Shown: one piece after another, positions 10,531 to 20,634 of the stretch
Layout: each line of letters starts with the position of its first letter
Numbering within the stretch: position 1 is the stretch's first letter
Source of the DNA: Bacilli bacterium
GTDB taxonomy: Bacteria > Bacillota_I > Bacilli_A > RFN20 > CAG-826
Length of the DNA: 64,000 nucleotides
NCBI GenBank assembly: GCA_040396875.1
Contig: JBBAWZ010000001.1
Location: forward strand, 174,198 to 238,197
Direction: 5' to 3'
Made by a program: the position numbers and the translations under genes
The notes under the pieces: generated by a model
What the model was told of the DNA's origin: nothing
Databases searched by the model: none
What the model saw: the letters and a program-made list of their open reading frames with translations, nothing else

Positions 10531-11721
10531 ATGAGTAAAATCATTGCCGTTAACGCAGGTAGCAGTAGTCTTAAATTTAAACTATATGATATGCCTTCTG
10601 AGACATTAATTTGTTCAGGTATGGCAGATCGTATTGGCCAAGTTCAAGGCAACTTTAGTTTGACCATCGGTCAAGAAAAAATGAGTATTGATACGCCTAT
10701 TCCAAATCATCAATCGGGTGTCACCCTGTTATTGAAGTATTTAATCGACAAAAAGGTCATTCAATCTTTTGATGAAATTAAAGGTGTGGGTCATCGGGTT
10801 GTTCAAGGTGGTAAATATTTTTTCAACAGCGTCATTATCACCCCTAAAGTGGTTGATAAAATCAAAGAGTTTATCCCCTTAGCTCCTTTACATAACGGAC
10901 CCAATTTAAGTGGTATCGATGCCTTTCAGGCTATTTTGCCTCATGTTAAGAATGTGGCTGTATTCGATACTGCCTTTCATCAAACCATGGCACCTCAAGA
11001 TTTTTTATTTCCCATTCCTTATGAACTTTATGAAAAACACGACTTAAGACGTTATGGTTTTCATGGCACATCTCATAAATATTTAATGCAACAAGTTCAC
11101 AAGCATGTCACGGCGATTAAAAATCCCAAAATTATTACTCTCCACCTTGGTTCTGGTGCATCCTTAGCTGCCATTAAAAACGGAAAAGTAGTTGCAACAT
11201 CCATGGGTTTAACACCCCTTGGTGGCATCATGATGGGAACCCGAACTGGTGATATCGATCCTAGTGTGCTTCATTTTGCAGCATTGAAAACGGGTCAAAG
11301 CCATGAAGCCATTTATGAATTGTTTAACAAAAAAAGTGGTTTGCTTGGTATGTCTAAATTATCTTCCGATTCTCGTGATTTAGAAGCTGCTCACTTGCAA
11401 GGCAATACTCAAGTTCAACTCGCTAACCAATTATTTGTTAGACGAATTGCCGATTTTATTGGTCAATATGTCGTTCGTTTAGGTGGCGTTGATGTTATCG
11501 TTTTTTCAGCAGGAATTGGAGAAAATTCTGGGTTTTATCGTCACTTAATTATTGAAGAAATTAAAGAGGCATTATCCATGGTGGAAGATGAAAAGCTCAA
11601 TATGTCCATTAGAGGAAAAGTTGCAGTTATTACCAAACCAGAAAGTCGAGTGATGGGTATGGTGATTCCGACGAATGAAGAATTAATGATTGTAAAGGAT
11701 ACCTATGAAATTATTAAATAA
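10531..11721 (+). CDS. ackA: acetate kinase
   Basis: 396 aa with N-terminal IIAVNAGSSSLKFKLY, plus GFHGTSH and IVFSAGIGENS. Confidence 0.95.
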   Translation: MSKIIAVNAGSSSLKFKLYDMPSETLICSGMADRIGQVQGNFSLTIGQEKMSIDTPIPNHQSGVTLLLKYLIDKKVIQSFDEIKGVGHRVVQGGKYFFNSVIITPKVVDKIKEFIPLAPLHNGPNLSGIDAFQAILPHVKNVAVFDTAFHQTMAPQDFLFPIPYELYEKHDLRRYGFHGTSHKYLMQQVHKHVTAIKNPKIITLHLGSGASLAAIKNGKVVATSMGLTPLGGIMMGTRTGDIDPSVLHFAALKTGQSHEAIYELFNKKSGLLGMSKLSSDSRDLEAAHLQGNTQVQLANQLFVRRIADFIGQYVVRLGGVDVIVFSAGIGENSGFYRHLIIEEIKEALSMVEDEKLNMSIRGKVAVITKPESRVMGMVIPTNEELMIVKDTYEIIK

Positions 11722-12688
11722 CAAAAAAACCAACACTAAACTGTATTTAGATATTTTAACCGCGATTAGAAAGTATCCAAAAATCGTTGTATTTCGTCAT
11801 GTAATACCGGATTTTGACGCCTTAGGAACGCAATGGGGTGTTGCCACTTGGATCAAGGACAATTTCCCGTTGAAGCAAGTTAAAGTTGTTGGTGAAGACC
11901 ATCCTTCTTTTACCCCTAGACTTTATCCAAAAATGCAAAAACTTTCAGATAAGTTCTTTGACAAAAAGACTTTATGTTTGGTGGTGGATACCGCGAATAT
12001 GGACCGCATTGATGATAAACGCTTTGATCGTGGAGCAATGATCATCAAAGTCGACCATCACCCAAATGTGAATCCATTTGGCGATATTTGTTTGGTTGAA
12101 ACTGAAACCTGCGCAGCCTCAGAATTGTGGATGAAAATGATTGAAACGTATGGAAAAAAATACAAATTAACTAAAAAAGCTGCCACCTACTTCTACTCTG
12201 GTATCGCTGGTGATTCAGGTCGATTTATGTATAAATCAACCACACCTCAAACCTTTGAAATCGCGAAAAAGTTATTAGAAACCGGTATCAATGCCCACGA
12301 TGATGTTTACCTCAAAATGTATGAAAAAACATTAGAAGACTTAAAAGTAACTGCCTATTTATTGAATCATTATCAAATTTCAAAACATGGTGTTGCATAT
12401 TATGTCTTAACCCACAAGGAACAAACCGATTTAGGAATGCTTGCCTCACAAGGTAAAGATAATGTGAATATGTTTAGTAACATCAAAGATGTTCACATTT
12501 GGTGTTCAATTTCTGAAGATATTAAAGATAACGTTTGGCGTGTTTCGATTCGCAGTAAAAAAGTTCAAATTAATCAAATTGCACAACAATACCAAGGCGG
12601 TGGACATGCCCAGGCAAGTGGTTGTAAATTAACCAGTCTAGATCAACTTCCACAATTTATTGCAGATTTAGATAATTTATTGAAGTAA
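11705..12688 (+). CDS. nrnA: DHH/DHHA1 phosphoesterase (NrnA-like oligoribonuclease/pAp phosphatase)
   Basis: 327 aa with RHVIPDFDALGT, VDHHPN and a C-terminal GGGHAQASG. Confidence 0.8.
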   Translation: MKLLNNKKTNTKLYLDILTAIRKYPKIVVFRHVIPDFDALGTQWGVATWIKDNFPLKQVKVVGEDHPSFTPRLYPKMQKLSDKFFDKKTLCLVVDTANMDRIDDKRFDRGAMIIKVDHHPNVNPFGDICLVETETCAASELWMKMIETYGKKYKLTKKAATYFYSGIAGDSGRFMYKSTTPQTFEIAKKLLETGINAHDDVYLKMYEKTLEDLKVTAYLLNHYQISKHGVAYYVLTHKEQTDLGMLASQGKDNVNMFSNIKDVHIWCSISEDIKDNVWRVSIRSKKVQINQIAQQYQGGGHAQASGCKLTSLDQLPQFIADLDNLLK

Positions 12689-12751
12689 TCGCACCTTTTC
12701 AATGACGCATCCATGCGTTTATGGTATGCTTTTACTAATGAGGAGAATCCC

Positions 12752-15700
12752 TTGTTCATCCCACTTCACATCACGAGTTCTTACTCCTTTTTATCAAGTG
12801 GTTTCACGATGGACCGCCTTATTTCGTCACTTAAAGAAAAACAATATTCTGTTGCTGGATTAGCTGATCACCAGGTCTTATTCGGTATTCCTGAATTTGC
12901 TACCTTAACCAAGAAAAATCAAATCGAATCGATTATCGGCATTGATATTGCCTACCAAAAAATGTTGGTCACTTTTTTTGCTAAAAATGAAGAAGGTTAT
13001 CGACTATTGATTCAACTTAGTCAATTAGCCCAACAAAAACAAATCGATACCTTTAAATTTCCTACCGGTAAGCAGGATGTGATTGCAGTTGTTTCAACCG
13101 ATCAAAGTGATATTTTTAAGGCACCTTTTTCAGAGATTGCACTCTATTTACAGTCCACCTTAAAGGGTCTTAAACAAGTGTATCTCGGTATTGAACATTA
13201 TCCTGATTCAGATCAATCCAAGCTTCAATCCATTCGCCAATTTGCGAAACAATTCACTTATCCAACCGTTGCTTTTCCTCATATCCTATATGGCAAACCA
13301 GGTGATGCGATCATCGTGGATATGTTAAAAGCCATTCAAACAAGCGAACCCTTACAAATCAAAGAAAAAAATGGTCGGAATTACTTACCTATTCAATCAG
13401 AGGTTGAAACTTTATATACCCCTGAAGAAATTCTTGAAACCGTTCAAATCAGTAATGCATGTAAATTTAACTTCTTTATTAAACGCGGCCAATTATTAAC
13501 CTTTGAACCCGGTAAAGATTCTCAAACTTTATTACGCGAAAAAGCGATTGAAGGTTTACAAAATAGACCAATTGATTTTACCCAAGTCATTTATTTAGAA
13601 AGACTAGACCAAGAATTAACGATGATTGAAAACCTAGGCTTTGCCGATTATTTTTTAATTGTTGCAGACTTCATTCAATTTGCTAAACAACAAAACATTC
13701 CTGTCGGTCCTGGTAGAGGATCTGCTCCAGGAAGTTTAGTCGCTTATGCATTAGGGATTACTGAAATTGATCCACTTCCACATCAATTATTATTTGAACG
13801 ATTTTTAAATCCTTCACGAAAAACGATGCCTGATATTGATACCGATTTTGCGGATAAAGATCGAGAAAAAATCATTGATTATTTGGCAAAAAAATATGGT
13901 TCAGATCGTGTCAGTCACATCATCACCTATCAAACCATTCAAGCGAAGCAAGCGATTCGAGACGTTGGCAGGATGTACAAATTTTCAAACACCTCCATTG
14001 AATTGTTATCCAAAGCTTTGGGTGATGGCAAATTAGACTTACGATCATCCTATAAAAAACTGCCAGCCTTTCAAAAATTATTTGATGAAGATTCTGAGTG
14101 TGCTGAAATTGTAAAACTTGCGCATAAAATTGAAGGATTTATTCGTCAACCAGGTATGCATGCGGCTGGCATTATTCTCAATCAATCACCGTTAATACAA
14201 AGTTTGCCGCTCATCATGCAAGGTGATAAAACCATCACCCAATATGAAATGAATCACTTAGAGGCACAAGGCTTTTTAAAAATTGATATTTTGGGTTTGA
14301 AGAATTTAAGCATTATTGAATCTTGCTTATCAATTCTTAATCGTCAAGGTATCCAAGTTCAATTAAGTCAAATTAACTTCGAAGATCCGCAAGTTTACTC
14401 ATTATTGAGAATGGGTTTAAACATGGGCATTTTCCAACTTGAATCGGATGGCATGAAACGAGCAATGAAAACGATTCAAGTCGATCGCTTTAGTGATTTG
14501 GTTAGTTTAATCGCTCTTTATCGACCCGGTCCGATGGATAACATTGAAAGTTATGCCAAGCGAAAACAAGGTTTAGAACCCATTACCTACTTAGATCAAC
14601 AATTAAAACCGATTCTAAATCCTACTTTTGGTATCATCATTTATCAAGAACAAATCATGCAAATAGCTCAAACAATGGCAGGTTTTTCACTTGCGAAAGC
14701 GGATGATTTCCGTCGTGCTATTTCTAAAAAAGATAATGAAGTCATGCTTAGTTTAAAGCAAGCATTTATTGACGGTGCAGTAGGCAAGGGTTACAAAGCT
14801 GATCATGCACTCAGTGTCTATAATCACATTCTTAAATTTGCAGATTACGGATTTAATAAATCCCATTCAGTTGCATATGCGACACTCACGTATCAAATGG
14901 CCTATTTAAAAACCCATTATCCGCATGCTTTTTATGCCGCTATTTTAAATGCTTCTGCCGGGACGTCAGACACAAAGTTATTAAACTATTTAGATGAACT
15001 AAGAATGTTGAAAATTAAATTAACCTCTCCCAATATCCAATCACCTTCAACCCAATTTATGATGGTTGAACAAAGATTAATTGCCCCTTTAACCATCATC
15101 AAAGGTATTCATCATGCTTTGGTTGAAAGCATCATGCTCGTTAGATCAAAAGGACCGTTTCAAGATTTATTTGATTGTGTGACACGTTTATACCCATTGA
15201 ATGTCACCTTAAATCAACATTTAGCACTGATCGATGCTGGGGCTTATGATGGTTTTGGACTTAATCGCTCGACCTTAAGGGCAAGTTTACCAAACGCAAT
15301 TAAAAATGCCGCAATTCAATCTACTTTTATTGATGAAGCAACGGGATTAATTCCTCCCTCATCTTTACCCAAAATGGCCTATGTTCAATCCACCGATTCT
15401 GCATTCGACAATTTAGAAAAAGAGTTAGATGTGACCGGTATGATTCTTTCTCAAAGTGTTCTTGGTCCCTATCGACTGGATAAACAAAATCCTCCAGTTG
15501 CAACTATTCAAGAGGCTAAGAAAACAAATCAAGTGGTCACCACAGGTGGTTTAATTCGCACCATCCGAGTTGTTAAAACCAAAGCTGGTCAAACCATGGC
15601 ATTTGTCACCATGTATGATGAAACCGATAAACTCGATTTAGTCCTATTCCCAAAACTATATGAAAAACTTGCAAGCAATATATCGAGAGGTCAACTGATT

Positions 15701-15775
15701 ATCGTTGTCGGTACCCTTGATCAAGAAAAACAAGATAGTTTTATCGTTGATCAATTAAGATCCATAAAATCATGA
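12752..15775 (+). CDS. dnaE: DNA polymerase III alpha subunit (DnaE type)
   Basis: PHP N-terminus (FIPLHITSSYSFL), PDIDTDF and a C-terminal OB fold. I prefer the TTG at 12752, 6 nt after GAGGAG. The track ATG at 12713 is the in-frame alternative. Confidence 0.9.
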   Translation: MFIPLHITSSYSFLSSGFTMDRLISSLKEKQYSVAGLADHQVLFGIPEFATLTKKNQIESIIGIDIAYQKMLVTFFAKNEEGYRLLIQLSQLAQQKQIDTFKFPTGKQDVIAVVSTDQSDIFKAPFSEIALYLQSTLKGLKQVYLGIEHYPDSDQSKLQSIRQFAKQFTYPTVAFPHILYGKPGDAIIVDMLKAIQTSEPLQIKEKNGRNYLPIQSEVETLYTPEEILETVQISNACKFNFFIKRGQLLTFEPGKDSQTLLREKAIEGLQNRPIDFTQVIYLERLDQELTMIENLGFADYFLIVADFIQFAKQQNIPVGPGRGSAPGSLVAYALGITEIDPLPHQLLFERFLNPSRKTMPDIDTDFADKDREKIIDYLAKKYGSDRVSHIITYQTIQAKQAIRDVGRMYKFSNTSIELLSKALGDGKLDLRSSYKKLPAFQKLFDEDSECAEIVKLAHKIEGFIRQPGMHAAGIILNQSPLIQSLPLIMQGDKTITQYEMNHLEAQGFLKIDILGLKNLSIIESCLSILNRQGIQVQLSQINFEDPQVYSLLRMGLNMGIFQLESDGMKRAMKTIQVDRFSDLVSLIALYRPGPMDNIESYAKRKQGLEPITYLDQQLKPILNPTFGIIIYQEQIMQIAQTMAGFSLAKADDFRRAISKKDNEVMLSLKQAFIDGAVGKGYKADHALSVYNHILKFADYGFNKSHSVAYATLTYQMAYLKTHYPHAFYAAILNASAGTSDTKLLNYLDELRMLKIKLTSPNIQSPSTQFMMVEQRLIAPLTIIKGIHHALVESIMLVRSKGPFQDLFDCVTRLYPLNVTLNQHLALIDAGAYDGFGLNRSTLRASLPNAIKNAAIQSTFIDEATGLIPPSSLPKMAYVQSTDSAFDNLEKELDVTGMILSQSVLGPYRLDKQNPPVATIQEAKKTNQVVTTGGLIRTIRVVKTKAGQTMAFVTMYDETDKLDLVLFPKLYEKLASNISRGQLIIVVGTLDQEKQDSFIVDQLRSIKS

Positions 15776-18324
15776 AAATACTAAAAATCATTGATGGTAA
15801 TGCTTTACTTTTTCGAGCGTATTTTGCATCAAGTTATGGCGGTGCCAGTTTAACAACGAGCACCGGTATTCCCACCAATGCGGTGTATGTATTTGCCAAT
15901 ATGTTACAAAAAATACTTTTTCCAGTTGATGAAAATGTTCATATTTTGGTTGCATTTGACACTGGCGAAAAAACCTTTAGACATCAAGAATTAGAGTCTT
16001 ATAAAGCCCACCGAAAACCAGTCCCTGAAGATCTTATTCCCCAATTTTCTATCGCCCGTTCTTTATTAAATGCTTTGAACTTATTTACCTTTGAGCAACA
16101 TGGCTTTGAAGGGGATGATGTGGCTGGAACTGCCGCCATTCTTGGTTTAAAAGCTGGCATGGAAGTTGAGATTTACACTTCTGATCGAGACTTTCTTCAA
16201 TTGGTTCAACCTCACCTTACCGTCAATTTAATTCGTAAAGGCGTCAGTGAAATGATTAAAATGACGCGAGAAAAAGTGATTGCTGATTACGGAATTACAC
16301 CTGAACAAGTTCCTGATTTTAAAGGTTTAGTTGGTGACGCCAGTGATAATCTTCCTGGTATACCCGGTATCGGAGAAAAGACCGCGATTAAGTTATTACA
16401 ACAGTTTTCAACTTTTGAAAAAGTTTTGGAGGGTGCCAAGACCTTAAAAGGTAAGACCGCTGAAAATTTATTGACGCATCAACAGTCTGGAATTATTTCC
16501 AAAAAACTTGCCATCATTCAAACCAATATGGCCTTACCTTTTGATTTAAGTCAAACGCTTTATCAAGGTTTAAATCAGGACCATTTTCAAAAGTTTGTGA
16601 CGGAGTATGAAATGAAATCGCTCCTAGGTCGTTTTCAAATGAAGGCTAATACCCTTGCACCAACCATCACTTTTGAACAAGTTAAATCCTTACCCGAACA
16701 AACGTATCAACAAATTAGTATTGTTCCAATCATCAAGGCAGGAAATTATTTCCAAGAATCTTTGATTGGATGGGTCGTTCAAAACCAAACACGTACCTTT
16801 GTCTTAAAACTTGAAGATAGTCTTGTTGATCCAATTTGGAAACGAATCATGCAAGACCCTACCATTGAAAAAATAGCTTTCGATTATAAAGAACTGCTTG
16901 TGTTATGCCATCGGTATCAAGTTTTGATTCGTGGACCATTTTTTGATTGTATGCTTGCCACCTATGCCTTGGATGAGACACCTTCTTTAAATCGCCAATC
17001 CGTGATGCAACAATCGGGGATTTCATTAAGTGAAGATTTGTTAGAACAATGCGCGCAAGTTGCCCAATCTTTAACAGCGATGAAAGTTCGATTGATGCAA
17101 AACTTAAAAGACAAACATCTAGAAAAAATTGTCTATGATATTGAATTTCCATTAATTCCAGTTCTAGCTGCTATGGAAATCGAAGGATTACCAATTGATG
17201 TTGATTATTTAAAAACGATGGAAAAAACGGTTGAGGAAAAGATTCAAGATCTCAAAGAACAAATATTCCGACACATTGGTCAAACATTTAATTTAGATAG
17301 TCCTAAGCAATTAAGTGAAATCCTTTTTACAACTTTACAATTACCCAATCCTAAAAAAGGTTCAACCAATGCTGATGTATTGAAGCAAATTGGTACGATG
17401 CACCCTTCGATTCCATTGATTCTTGATTACCGTAAATTTGCAAAATTACAATCAACCTATATTAAAGCCTTACCAGAAGTAAGTTATCCGGATGGTAAAC
17501 TCCATCCTATTTACCAACAGGCTCAAACCACCACAGGACGTTTATCATCCTTTGATCCCAATATTCAAAATATCGCGGTCAAAGATGAAGAAACCAAACT
17601 CATTCGAAAAGCTTTTTATTATCCTAATCAAGACTATGTCTTGCTTTCGTTTGACTATTCTCAAATAGAATTAAGAATTTTGGCTGAACTGGCGAATTGC
17701 CAATCCTTAATTGATGCATTTCATAAGCAAGAAGATATCCACACCTTGACCGCAAAACGCTTATTTGCTAACGGAAACGAGGTGACGTCATTGATGAGAA
17801 GACAAGCAAAGGCAGTCAATTTTGGCATTATCTATGGCATCTCTTCTTGGGGATTATCAGAACAACTAGGGGTCTCTCCTTCAGAAGCAAACCAATTGAT
17901 TGATGCGTTTTATGTTGCTTATCCCGAACTCAAGCAATACATGCAATCTTTGATCCTGTCCTTACAAGATCAAAAATACGTCTCTACGCTATTAGGTCGA
18001 CGTCGATATCTTCGTGATATTTCTGGTAGTAACTTTCAAGCTAGGGAATTTGCAAAACGTGCAGCGATGAATGCACCGATTCAAGGAACCGCGGCAGATT
18101 TATTAAAACTTGCCATGATTAAAGTCGATGGCGCGCTTAAAGAAAAAGGATTCAAAACAAAACTAATCCTAACGATTCATGACGAATTAATTTTTAAAAC
18201 ACCAAAAGATGAAATTGATAAAGTCATGCCGTTAATTCAAAACATTATGGAAACTGCATTACCTTTAAAAGTACCTTTAAAGGTCGATGGCCATTATGCC
18301 GATACTTGGTATGATTTAAAATAA
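15772..18324 (+). CDS. polA: DNA polymerase I
   Basis: 850 aa with a 5'-nuclease N-terminus (IDGNALLFRAYFA). Pol motifs: A = DYSQIELRILA, B = RRQAKAVNFGIIYG, C = IHDELIF. ATGA overlap with the dnaE stop. Confidence 0.95.
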   Translation: MKILKIIDGNALLFRAYFASSYGGASLTTSTGIPTNAVYVFANMLQKILFPVDENVHILVAFDTGEKTFRHQELESYKAHRKPVPEDLIPQFSIARSLLNALNLFTFEQHGFEGDDVAGTAAILGLKAGMEVEIYTSDRDFLQLVQPHLTVNLIRKGVSEMIKMTREKVIADYGITPEQVPDFKGLVGDASDNLPGIPGIGEKTAIKLLQQFSTFEKVLEGAKTLKGKTAENLLTHQQSGIISKKLAIIQTNMALPFDLSQTLYQGLNQDHFQKFVTEYEMKSLLGRFQMKANTLAPTITFEQVKSLPEQTYQQISIVPIIKAGNYFQESLIGWVVQNQTRTFVLKLEDSLVDPIWKRIMQDPTIEKIAFDYKELLVLCHRYQVLIRGPFFDCMLATYALDETPSLNRQSVMQQSGISLSEDLLEQCAQVAQSLTAMKVRLMQNLKDKHLEKIVYDIEFPLIPVLAAMEIEGLPIDVDYLKTMEKTVEEKIQDLKEQIFRHIGQTFNLDSPKQLSEILFTTLQLPNPKKGSTNADVLKQIGTMHPSIPLILDYRKFAKLQSTYIKALPEVSYPDGKLHPIYQQAQTTTGRLSSFDPNIQNIAVKDEETKLIRKAFYYPNQDYVLLSFDYSQIELRILAELANCQSLIDAFHKQEDIHTLTAKRLFANGNEVTSLMRRQAKAVNFGIIYGISSWGLSEQLGVSPSEANQLIDAFYVAYPELKQYMQSLILSLQDQKYVSTLLGRRRYLRDISGSNFQAREFAKRAAMNAPIQGTAADLLKLAMIKVDGALKEKGFKTKLILTIHDELIFKTPKDEIDKVMPLIQNIMETALPLKVPLKVDGHYADTWYDLK

Positions 18325-18328
18325 AACT

Positions 18329-19729
18329 ATGCCAGAACTACCCGAAGTTGAAACCATTGTTAAAACCTTAAGACCTTTAATGGTGAATAAGACGATCAAA
18401 GATATCGACATTTTTCATCCTCGCATGGTTAAACCTAGTGTCAATCAATTTAAAAAATCACTCCTTGGAAAGTCGATTCAATCGATTGAACGAATTGGAA
18501 AATTTATTGTATTCTTTTTCACTGATGAGGTCGTTGTTATCTCTCATTTACGGATGGAAGGTAAGTACATCGAAGCCAAGGACGCTTCCATTCGCCTCTC
18601 TCGATTTGCAAGATTGGTTTTTACCTTTGATGATGGGACTCGGATGATCTATGATGATATGAGAAAATTTGGGACATTTGAATTGGCGAATAAATCAACT
18701 TATTTAAGACACAATTCACTAAAAGGTCTAGGTAAAGAACCTTTAATTGCCCTAGATCCTAAACCAATTCATCAAGCATTTATTCGGGCTAATCGTCCTA
18801 TCAAGTCCTTGTTATTAGATCAGCGAATTTTATTAGGTATCGGCAATATTTATGCGGATGAAATTTTATTCGCTTCTAAAATCCATCCTTTAACGAATGG
18901 CCGTGAAATTTCTTTAGAGCAAACTTCATTCATTTTGAAACATGCTCAACGCATTCTAAACCAATCCATTGAAGATGGAGGCACACGAATTCGCACCTAT
19001 CAGTCAGGTCAAAAAATAGATGGCGAATTTATTACCAAAATTAAAGTCTATGGCAAAGATGGTCAGGCTTGTATTTTATGTCACCATCGTATCGATAAGA
19101 TTATGGTCGGAGGCCGTGGCACGCATTATTGCCCGCATTGTCAACATCATCCACAATTTCCATTCGTGATAGGGATCACTGGAGAAATTGCCACCGGGAA
19201 ATCCACCTTGATTCAAGAGGGTCAGCTTTTAGGCATTCCTTCCATCGAAGCAGATAAGTTGGTCCATGGCTTTTATCAAACAAGACAAGCCGTTCAATTG
19301 ATAAAAAAAATCTTCCCAGAAAGTATCGTCAATCACAAGATAGATCGAATCAAATTATTGAAAGCTATGGTTCAAGATCGTGGCCGTTATGAAAAATGGA
19401 TTAAAATTTTATTTCCGTTGATTAAGAAGTCTATTCATCAGCAATTATTAAAGAGCAAAGCGAAGGTCATCCTATTGGAAGTTCCATTATTATTTCAAGG
19501 TGAAATCGATGCTTTTACCGATGTCATTATCGGAGTTGAATCACCTAAAGCGATCCAAATAAAACGATTAAAAGAAAGAAACCCTGAAACAGCAGATGAC
19601 TTAATGGTACTCAATGAACGAAATCAATATCGTAATTATTTATCATTTGTTAATCACCGACTCATCAATGATGCCAATCTTCTTAACTGGAAAAAACTTA
19701 TCCAAAAAACTTTAAAACCTTATCTTTAA
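18329..19729 (+). CDS. fusion protein: formamidopyrimidine-DNA glycosylase (aa 1-~272) + dephospho-CoA kinase (aa ~279-466)
   Basis: N-terminus MPELPEVE, with the zinc finger CILC-x16-CPHC ending at aa 271. After HHPQFP comes FVIGITGEIATGKST, the CoaE P-loop N-terminus. There is no stop codon between the two parts. Confidence 0.85.
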   Translation: MPELPEVETIVKTLRPLMVNKTIKDIDIFHPRMVKPSVNQFKKSLLGKSIQSIERIGKFIVFFFTDEVVVISHLRMEGKYIEAKDASIRLSRFARLVFTFDDGTRMIYDDMRKFGTFELANKSTYLRHNSLKGLGKEPLIALDPKPIHQAFIRANRPIKSLLLDQRILLGIGNIYADEILFASKIHPLTNGREISLEQTSFILKHAQRILNQSIEDGGTRIRTYQSGQKIDGEFITKIKVYGKDGQACILCHHRIDKIMVGGRGTHYCPHCQHHPQFPFVIGITGEIATGKSTLIQEGQLLGIPSIEADKLVHGFYQTRQAVQLIKKIFPESIVNHKIDRIKLLKAMVQDRGRYEKWIKILFPLIKKSIHQQLLKSKAKVILLEVPLLFQGEIDAFTDVIIGVESPKAIQIKRLKERNPETADDLMVLNERNQYRNYLSFVNHRLINDANLLNWKKLIQKTLKPYL

Positions 19730-19737
19730 AAACAAGT

Positions 19738-20634
19738 CTAAAGAGGCATCATGGCAGGTAAATGAATCGGCTTGGTGATGATTTGAACAAGTTGTAACCA
19801 GTCTGTCATTAACATACGTTTGTCTTTATAACCTTTAAATAACCCTTCGAGTTGTAAGATGGGTACCGTACTTGTCACCATCGTAATCAACCCTTGCTTT
19901 TGTCGGGCAATAAACAATGGAATTAAGACATCAATTAACATATCTTCACTAATTGGTTGCGAACCTAATCCATCTAAAATAAGCACGGATAGTTTTTGAA
20001 GACGATCGAGTTCACGACTAAAACCATTAGCATCTAATTTTTTATTCGAAATTAATCTTGGTAATTGAAGATTGAAATCAAGCATGCCTACCGTGCCTAA
20101 TTCATTAAGTGCAAACCGATAAGCAAAAATACCTAAGGCAAAGGATTTACCAGATTGATGAGGACCAATAAGCGCTAGACCATCCGTGGTTTGTTTTTGC
20201 AATACTTTCATTAAATAGACATACAAAGCTTTTTGACCTTCACGTTGTTTCAATGATTCGAAAAGTTTAGAATCTTTCCAATCGGCATTAAAATCATCAT
20301 AAATTAAGAAGCGAGATACCTTTAATTGATCATCAAGCATTGGACAAGGGGCAAATTTACGTTCTAAAAATCCAACGGCGTTGCGTTGCATACTCACGAC
20401 ATAATGACCTTGAGGTTTTAAGCACTTACCAGCTAATTTACATTGTTGTACTTCTTGTTCATCAACTTCTAATTTAAGTAAAGTTGATAGATGCTGTTGG
20501 ATTTCTGATTCTTTAATCTTTAATGTTTCAATCGTTTTTTTCAACCATTTACTTTGCTTGACTTGGATGATGGCTTGTTTGATCGCATCTTCAAAATCAT
20601 CCTGAATTAGAGGTTTTGGATTAATCGGTTTCAT
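19738..20634 (-). CDS. dnaI: primosomal helicase loader DnaI
   Basis: 298 aa with Walker A GPHQSGKSF, Walker B VLILDGLG and an N-terminal Cys-containing region. It lies downstream of the dnaB-type gene with an ATGA overlap. Confidence 0.8.
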   Translation of the reverse strand: MKPINPKPLIQDDFEDAIKQAIIQVKQSKWLKKTIETLKIKESEIQQHLSTLLKLEVDEQEVQQCKLAGKCLKPQGHYVVSMQRNAVGFLERKFAPCPMLDDQLKVSRFLIYDDFNADWKDSKLFESLKQREGQKALYVYLMKVLQKQTTDGLALIGPHQSGKSFALGIFAYRFALNELGTVGMLDFNLQLPRLISNKKLDANGFSRELDRLQKLSVLILDGLGSQPISEDMLIDVLIPLFIARQKQGLITMVTSTVPILQLEGLFKGYKDKRMLMTDWLQLVQIITKPIHLPAMMPL

